Shown here piece by piece: positions 57,240-64,000 of a stretch of 64,000 nucleotides of DNA. A model generated the notes under the pieces. The model did no database searches. It had not been told where the DNA came from and saw only the letters and a program-made list of their open reading frames with translations. Both the position numbers and the translations under genes were made by a program. The stretch is taken from NCBI GenBank assembly GCA_964016885.1, contig OZ024742.1, forward strand, positions 228,842,001 through 228,906,000, given 5' to 3'. Source of the DNA: Eledone cirrhosa (taxonomy: Eukaryota). Numbering within the stretch: the stretch's first letter is position 1; each line of letters begins with the position of its first letter.

Positions 57240-58185
57240 GAATCGACCTCAGTACTGGACTTGTACATTATTTATCGACATCGAATGAAAAGTAAAGTTT
57301 ACCTTGGCAGGATTTGGGCAGAGAGGGCGAGCAGCAGACAAGAATACTGCAAAGAACACTATTCGACGTTTTAAGGACCCTGCCATTTTAGTGTCTATAT
57401 AATTGTTGCTACTTTTGGCACAAGGCCAGCATTTATTCCAATACAATACTGGTGCTTTATTTCATCGACACCATAAGGATGAAAGGCAAAGTTAACCTCG
57501 GCGGAATTTGAACTTAGAGAGTAAAGGGGCGTAGCTCTATGCTGCAAAGCATGGTGTCCGACCCTCCACCGATTTGCCAATCCGCCGCCCATCTCTATAA
57601 TGTTATATACCATAATGTTACTCCGATTATTGTATTACAAGTTGTGTTGGACCTCCGTCTCTTGCGATGATGCGTGTTCCAGTTCTTTGAGCCTGCTCTT
57701 TGAATATTCCTCACATGCCTGCACTATTAGCGTAGTTTTCAGAGAGATTCAACAGTGCGTGACATGGTTGGCCGTTTGAATTATAGCTAAAATTCACTTC
57801 TCCAGCTGATTGGACTAAAGCCACGCAAAGTAAAGTGAATTCCTTATAGAACACAACATGTTGCTGCTAATCTAACTCATAAGCGCACGATCATGAGACG
57901 AACTCCTTAACCACCAACCCACTTGCCTTCAATAATATTAAAGTAGTAAGATATAAGAGCAGTAGGTATCAGCTAACCTCTCAAATTCCTGCGGATAATA
58001 ATTTCTAATTATAGGCACAGGGGTAGCAATTTGTGGGGAGGAAAAGTCGATTATACCAGTATTTTACTGGAACTGTTATTTTTAACAACACTTGGAAGTT
58101 GACATTGGTGGGATTCGACATAATAGTGCAAATAGTGCAAAATATTTTGTCTGACGCTCTAATGATTCTCCCGATCCAACTCCCT
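57240..58185 (-). mobile_element. Three diverged tRNA-SINE copies (57240-57390, 57400-57590, 57997-58185)
   Basis: Degenerate consensus match. Confidence 0.7.
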
Positions 58186-58435
58186 TAATTCCTGCGCATA
58201 ACTATAATAGAAAATACTAGCAGAAAGGCCCGGCGTTGCTCGGAATTTGCTCTAGGGTTCTTATATATTTGATATATATATATCCTTATCGAGTCTCGTG
58301 AAATAAATATGTTTGTTTATATTTTGTTATTGTGTATGTAAAAATATCTGTACACGAATATATAATTATATATATATATTTATATATATACGATATTAAC
58401 AAATGGAAACTATATTTATAAAACCATATTTATTT

Positions 58436-58492
58436 CATTATACATATTTCAAGGACACCAAGGTAAATTATGATGTGCTTTCATCAGATAAA
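58436..58492 (-). ncRNA. Hammerhead motif in the 3' pLTR (second copy 62512-62568)
   Basis: ttat-CTGATGA-aagcacatca...tggtgtcctt-GAAA-tatg-TA-taa; stem I is out of register by one nucleotide. Confidence 0.7.
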
Positions 58493-58673
58493 ATAGAGCA
58501 GTTTTATAAATAAATATTGACATACCCTTAAAGAATGCAACCATTACTGTTGGAAGCTTCCGGATAGTTGAGTTGTATCTTTAATTATACTATTATGTAA
58601 GTTAATATTGGATATTTTTAAATAAGCCGTTGGGTTACGGAGAAAGAGAAAGAGAGAGAGAGAGAAGAACAAC

Positions 58674-58755
<82 letters not shown>

Positions 58756-59107
58756 ACAGCAGAGAGAAAAAAGAAATAGAAAAGAGAGAGAGAGAGAGAG
58801 AGAGATTGAAACTCTAAGTTATCTTAACATTTGAGATGAAATGAATAAATAAAATTAGAAATGTTAATAATCATGAATGGAAGATACATATATAATATGA
58901 GAAATTTTTCCATTGTTTAAATATGATTAAATGTTTAGTTAATCAGTTAAAATATTGAGATCAATACATTAAAAATTGAGATCTATATATTAAGAAATCT
59001 ATATATTATTATTAAGACTATATATTATTAAAAAACCTATATATTATTAGAAGAATATAACACACATACACACGCAAATATACATACATATAAATATATA
59101 TACACAC

Positions 59108-59179
<72 letters not shown>

Positions 59180-60189
59180 ATCACACGTATATATATATAT
59201 ATATATATATATCCATCTACGTATATAATATATACATACAAAATATAAAGGATTTTTTAATTTAAGATATAGGAATCTTATAAAATCAGAGAAGTCATTT
59301 CTATGTAATATCAAAGCAGCGTGAAGGAAAATTACGTTATTTAGTTATATAAATGTTACAATTGTTAAGATATTAAAGGAAATTTTATGTTATACACACT
59401 TTATGTTATTCTATAAATTTTTTTATATATAAGTTTTATAAGATTACCTGTTATGTAGTTATGACTGTTATTATATATGTTTATTTGTCACGAACCTTGG
59501 GATAATCCCTATAAATAAGTGCAATCGAATTGTATGCATATACACATATATATACATACACAATTCCCTCATATACATACATATACGTACCCACACAAAT
59601 AGGTAGATATGCATCACATATACATATACATATACATACAGATACACATATGCGCATTAAACATATGTACATGTATATCAATACACACACATATATATAT
59701 ACACACATATATAGAGAGAAACATATATAAATACAGTACATAGTATAATTGAAGTACATAAAATACAAAATAATTATATTACGATGGAAATATAATTATA
59801 AGCAATATAACTTTAAAAATATTATAGAATATTGCAAGTTATAATTTTAAAATAATAATATGCTTAATAAATTTAGTATAAAATTTTCTACGTATATTTA
59901 ACTTAATTTTATATCCATAAGAGAAAGAAAAAGAAACTTTCAAAAGATAAACTTTCGAAAATATGAGAAACTATAAAAAAATATTTTCCCCTTTTAAGAG
60001 CTTTCAGTATATTTCTCTAGGAGAGTTTATTATATTTATTTATATTTAGGAAGAAATGTTTTTTTTACTTGAGTGTATAAGCAGTCAAAAAATGAAGGAA
60101 TCTAATGATTTATCGATAGGTTCAATATATTAATAGAATTAATTAATTAATTATATATTACATTTTAAATTTATATTTAAACGTCGATT

Positions 60190-62328
60190 TCAATCTATGC
60201 AACTGAATAAATTGTTCCTTAGGTTCAGGGAATTTTTGGTCTTTAATATAAAGAATATTTCCTCTATACAAAGATCACAATTTTCTGAAGAGGAGTTAAA
60301 AGGAGTTAAAAGGAGTAGCTCTTGAAATAATATTCCAAATCAATGAATATTCAACGTTATTTAGTTTGAGGTCCCACAATAAGCTAGATAGAGGAGTTGA
60401 AGATTTTTTGTTTGGATCCGTAAAAGAATTTTTATGATTATTGAAGCGGGATTTAAACTCTTGGGAAGCGGATCCCACATAATTAAATGAATTTAAATTA
60501 GTTTTTACATTACAATTATATACTATATTTTTAGCTAAGCAATTGTTATTTAACGGACAGTTAGATTTATTTCTACAGTTACATTTATCAAATTGGATAT
60601 TGCTTGGGTTATTAGTGGTATTTTGGTTAGGTTTTAAATTTCTATTATTAATTCTATTAATATTTTGCGCTAAATTTTTGGTGGAAGAATGAATTAATTT
60701 TATAGTATGTCTATTAAAAATTGAGTAATATATATGTGTTCTAGGGAAGCATTTGTCAAGAGCTTTAAAAAATAGTTTAGCAATAGGGGTTTTAATATTT
60801 AAGGAGGAGCGAACCATAATATATTCCTAGTTCTATTTCTTTTTTTGTTTTCGAAATTATTGTAATGTTTTCTATTATAGTTGTTAAAATTGTTAAAATA
60901 GTTAAAATTGTTACGATTATGGTTAGTTGTTATATTATTATTATCAATGTATTTAATTTTATTTCTATACCCAGCTCTACCTAACGCTTCGTTGTAATAA
61001 TGTGCTTTTTCCTCAAATATATTATTATTAGCTGAAATTCTCGAAATTCGTTCCTGTACAGAGTTCACTATAGTATTTTTAACGGATCTGGGGTGATTAG
61101 AGTTAAAATTGACGTAATTTAAGTTCTCATTTAGTTTGTGAAATGGATAATGAAGACATGTGTTAAGGTTTAGTGTTACATCTAGAAAGTTAACTATTTT
61201 ATGGTTATTCTCTATTTCTACTTTTAGATTAAGGTAATTAAAAAATTGTATAATTTGTTTTCTTTTTCTATTTAGTTCACGATATAAACCTCCGGTTATC
61301 TCAGGTATTTTCCTATGTAGAGAATTATTTATAAAGAGGCCCACAAGATCCGTTACCTGAGCGGAATCGGATGATCCCATAGTTATATCGAAGTTATTAT
61401 TTCTATCTGCGCTAGTCCAGAGTTGGTTATTAAATTCTATTAATGTTTTCCGTGCCGATAATATAATGTGCATTTCATTGCTAGTTAAGTCTGTATGTTT
61501 AAATGCGTAAGTTAGTGCTTTATTCAGTAGATTAGGAGTGATAGATGAGTAATAGTTAGCAATATCCAACTGAATAAACTTATTATTATAGTTATATTTA
61601 ATTTCCTTAAACCAATCGAGAACTTCACTAGTTCCTTTACATAATTTTAAATAAGATAAATTCTTAATTTGTGGTATTATTCTGTCTAAAATATTTTTGC
61701 TAAGCCTGCCAAGGTCCGATTTAGATGGTGCAATTAATCTGACTGGTAAATCAGTTTCAAAGTTTCTTTTGTGATCCTTCATATTAATTTTAGGTTTCCT
61801 TGGCATGAAGGGTTGTGTTTTATTTTCAATGCCTAGTTCATGCATTATATAAGAGGCATCTGTATTCAATTTTTCAAGGTCGTCGTTATTTGCTACTTTG
61901 TATTTCTTCCTTAATTCCTTTAATATAAGATCGTTATAAATGTCCTTTTGTATTCCGTAAAGATTATTGGTTTTGTCAGGCTTGATTAGAATTTTCTCCG
62001 TTTTCTCCAAGTTTTCAATATTATTCTTAATATTTCTTAAGTAATCCTGGCCTTTGACGTTGCTTTTGAATGTGATGCTTTGGATGATAGATATGATTTC
62101 ATTTTCAAAATCCATTAGTAGTTTGTTGGGGGGTGGATTTTTTTTAGATTTAAAGATTTTATCCAGATTGGAGACATTTTCATTTAGATTAGATTTATCG
62201 AAGTGGAAAGCACGTCACCTGATTCTTTTTATAAAATAGTCTGATTTTTCTATTAATTGTTTAATAAAATCTTTATTACTAGGTAAAGGTATGTCCTTTA
62301 GAGAAGAGGAAACCTTAAAGAATTCCAT
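60190..62328 (-). pseudogene. PLE RT plus GIY-YIG ORF, inactivated
   Basis: ATG at 62328 (MEFFKVSSSLKDIPLP..IKRIR*RAFHF) with in-frame TGA at 62215-62217. Motifs: PDKTNN, KDHK, LDIANYYSSI, FDITMGSSDSAQVTDLVG, GLYR lacking the catalytic DD, NFLD, NILWFAPP (frameshift), CNCRx4CPLx3C, IVY..YVG, CDLC. A 10-bp duplication causes another frameshift near 60300. Confidence 0.9.
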
Positions 62329-63845
62329 TTTTCAGTTATAATATAAAGCGCTCGACAATACAGGAACAGAATATATGTAAAAGTTCTATTTAAATTGTTG
62401 GAATACAACAAGCAAATATTTTTATAACTGATATAAAGCACTCAACAAATAATTGAAGTAAAAATACGATATTAACAAATGGAAACTATATTTATAAAAC
62501 AATATTTATTTCATTATACATATTTCAAGGACATCAAGTTAAATTATGGTGTGCTTTCATCAGATAAAATATAATATAGAGCAGTTTTATAAATAAATAT
62601 TGACATACCCTTAAAGAATGCAACCATTACTGTTGGAAGCTCCCGGATAGTGGAGTTATAGCTTTAATTATACTATTAGGTAAGTTAGTATTGGATATTT
62701 TTAAATAAGCCGTTGGGTTACGGAGAAAGAGAAAGAGAGAGAGAGAGAGAGAAGAACAACAGAGAGATAAAAAAGAGAGAGAGAAGAACAACAGAGAGAA
62801 AAAAACAGAGAGAAAAAAGAAAGAGAAAAAAAAAGAGAGAGAGAGAGTGAAACTCTAAGTCATATCTTGTTGAGTTATCTTAACATTTGAGATGAAATGA
62901 ATAAATAAAAATAGAAATGTTAATAATCATGAATGAAAGATACATATATAATATGAGAAATGTATCCATTGTTTAAATATGATTAAATGTTAATCAGTTA
63001 AAATGTTAATCAGTTAAAATATTGAGATCAATACATTAAAAATTGAGATCTATAAATTAATAAATCTATATATTATTATTAAGACTATATATTACTAAAA
63101 AACCTATATGTTATTAGAAGAATGTAACACACATACACACGCAAATATACATACATATAAATATATATACACACGTATAAATATATATATATAGCCATCT
63201 ACGTATATAATATATACATACAAAATATAAAGGATTTTTTAATTTAAGATATAGGAATCTTATAAAATCAGAGAAGTCATTTCTATGTAATATCAAAGCA
63301 GCAAGAACGAAAATTACGTTATTTAGTTATATAAATGTTACAATTGTTAAGATATTAAAGGAAATTTTATGTTATACACACTTTATGTTATTCTATAAAT
63401 TTTTTTATATATAAGTTTTATAAGATTACCTGTTATGTAGTTATGACTGTTATTATATGTCTATTTGTCACGAACCTTGGGATAATCCCTATAAATAAGT
63501 GCAATCGAATTGTATGCATATACACATATATATAAATACACAATTCCCTCATATACATACATATACGTACCCAAAACAAATAGGTAGATATGCATCACAT
63601 ATACATATACATACAGATACACATGCGCGCATTAAACATATGTACATGTATATCAATACACACACATATATATATATACACACATATATAGAGAGAAACA
63701 TATATAAATACAGTACATAGTATAATTGAAGTACATAAAATACAAAAGAATTATATTACGATTTGGAAATATAATTATAAGCAATATAACTTTAAAACAA
63801 TATAACTTTAAAAATATTATAGAATAGAATATTTTTACTCTATAG

Positions 63846-63877
<32 letters not shown>

Positions 63878-63901
63878 AGAATAGAATATATTTACTCTAT
63901 A

Positions 63902-63989
<88 letters not shown>

Positions 63990-64000
63990 TATAGAGTAAA

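Larger units (their letters stand above)
58389..63827 (-). mobile_element. Full-length Penelope-like retroelement (Hydra-clade-like) with ~1.4-kb direct pLTRs (58389-59830 and 62465-63827), within (TA)n
   Basis: Direct repeats flank a single decayed ORF. HHR motifs lie in both pLTRs, and (TA)n is present at both ends. Confidence 0.9.

Noticed and set aside
62215-62217. In-frame TGA as selenocysteine or recoding in the PLE ORF
   Set aside because: It falls at a position that is normally Trp (R-W-R/K-A), and the copy has other disabling lesions.

Overview
This is AT-rich eukaryotic intergenic or intronic DNA. The SINE and (TA)n landscape suggests a mollusc, most likely an octopus or other cephalopod (inference). 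No host protein-coding gene is supported, and nearly all ORFs in the track are microsatellite read-throughs. The window holds: four decayed Penelope-like retroelement (PLE) copies from two clades (RT plus C-terminal GIY-YIG); fragments of RTE and R4/Dong LINEs; maT and mariner transposon relics with a MITE; Helitron-like ends; more than 20 tRNA-derived SINEs; and large simple repeats. The main signal is a set of small non-coding, hammerhead-ribozyme (HHR)-bearing elements inserted into (TA)n tracts, usually as head-to-head inverted pairs. The largest is a 3.67-kb palindrome of about 12 apparently identical 311-bp units, each with a minimal type I HHR, resembling a rolling-circle retrozyme. Two related families carry non-canonical U3:A8 catalytic cores. 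Otherwise unrelated families share a 3' motif (TYGAGYRCTT) with the autonomous Hydra-type PLE, which is therefore a candidate mobiliser.
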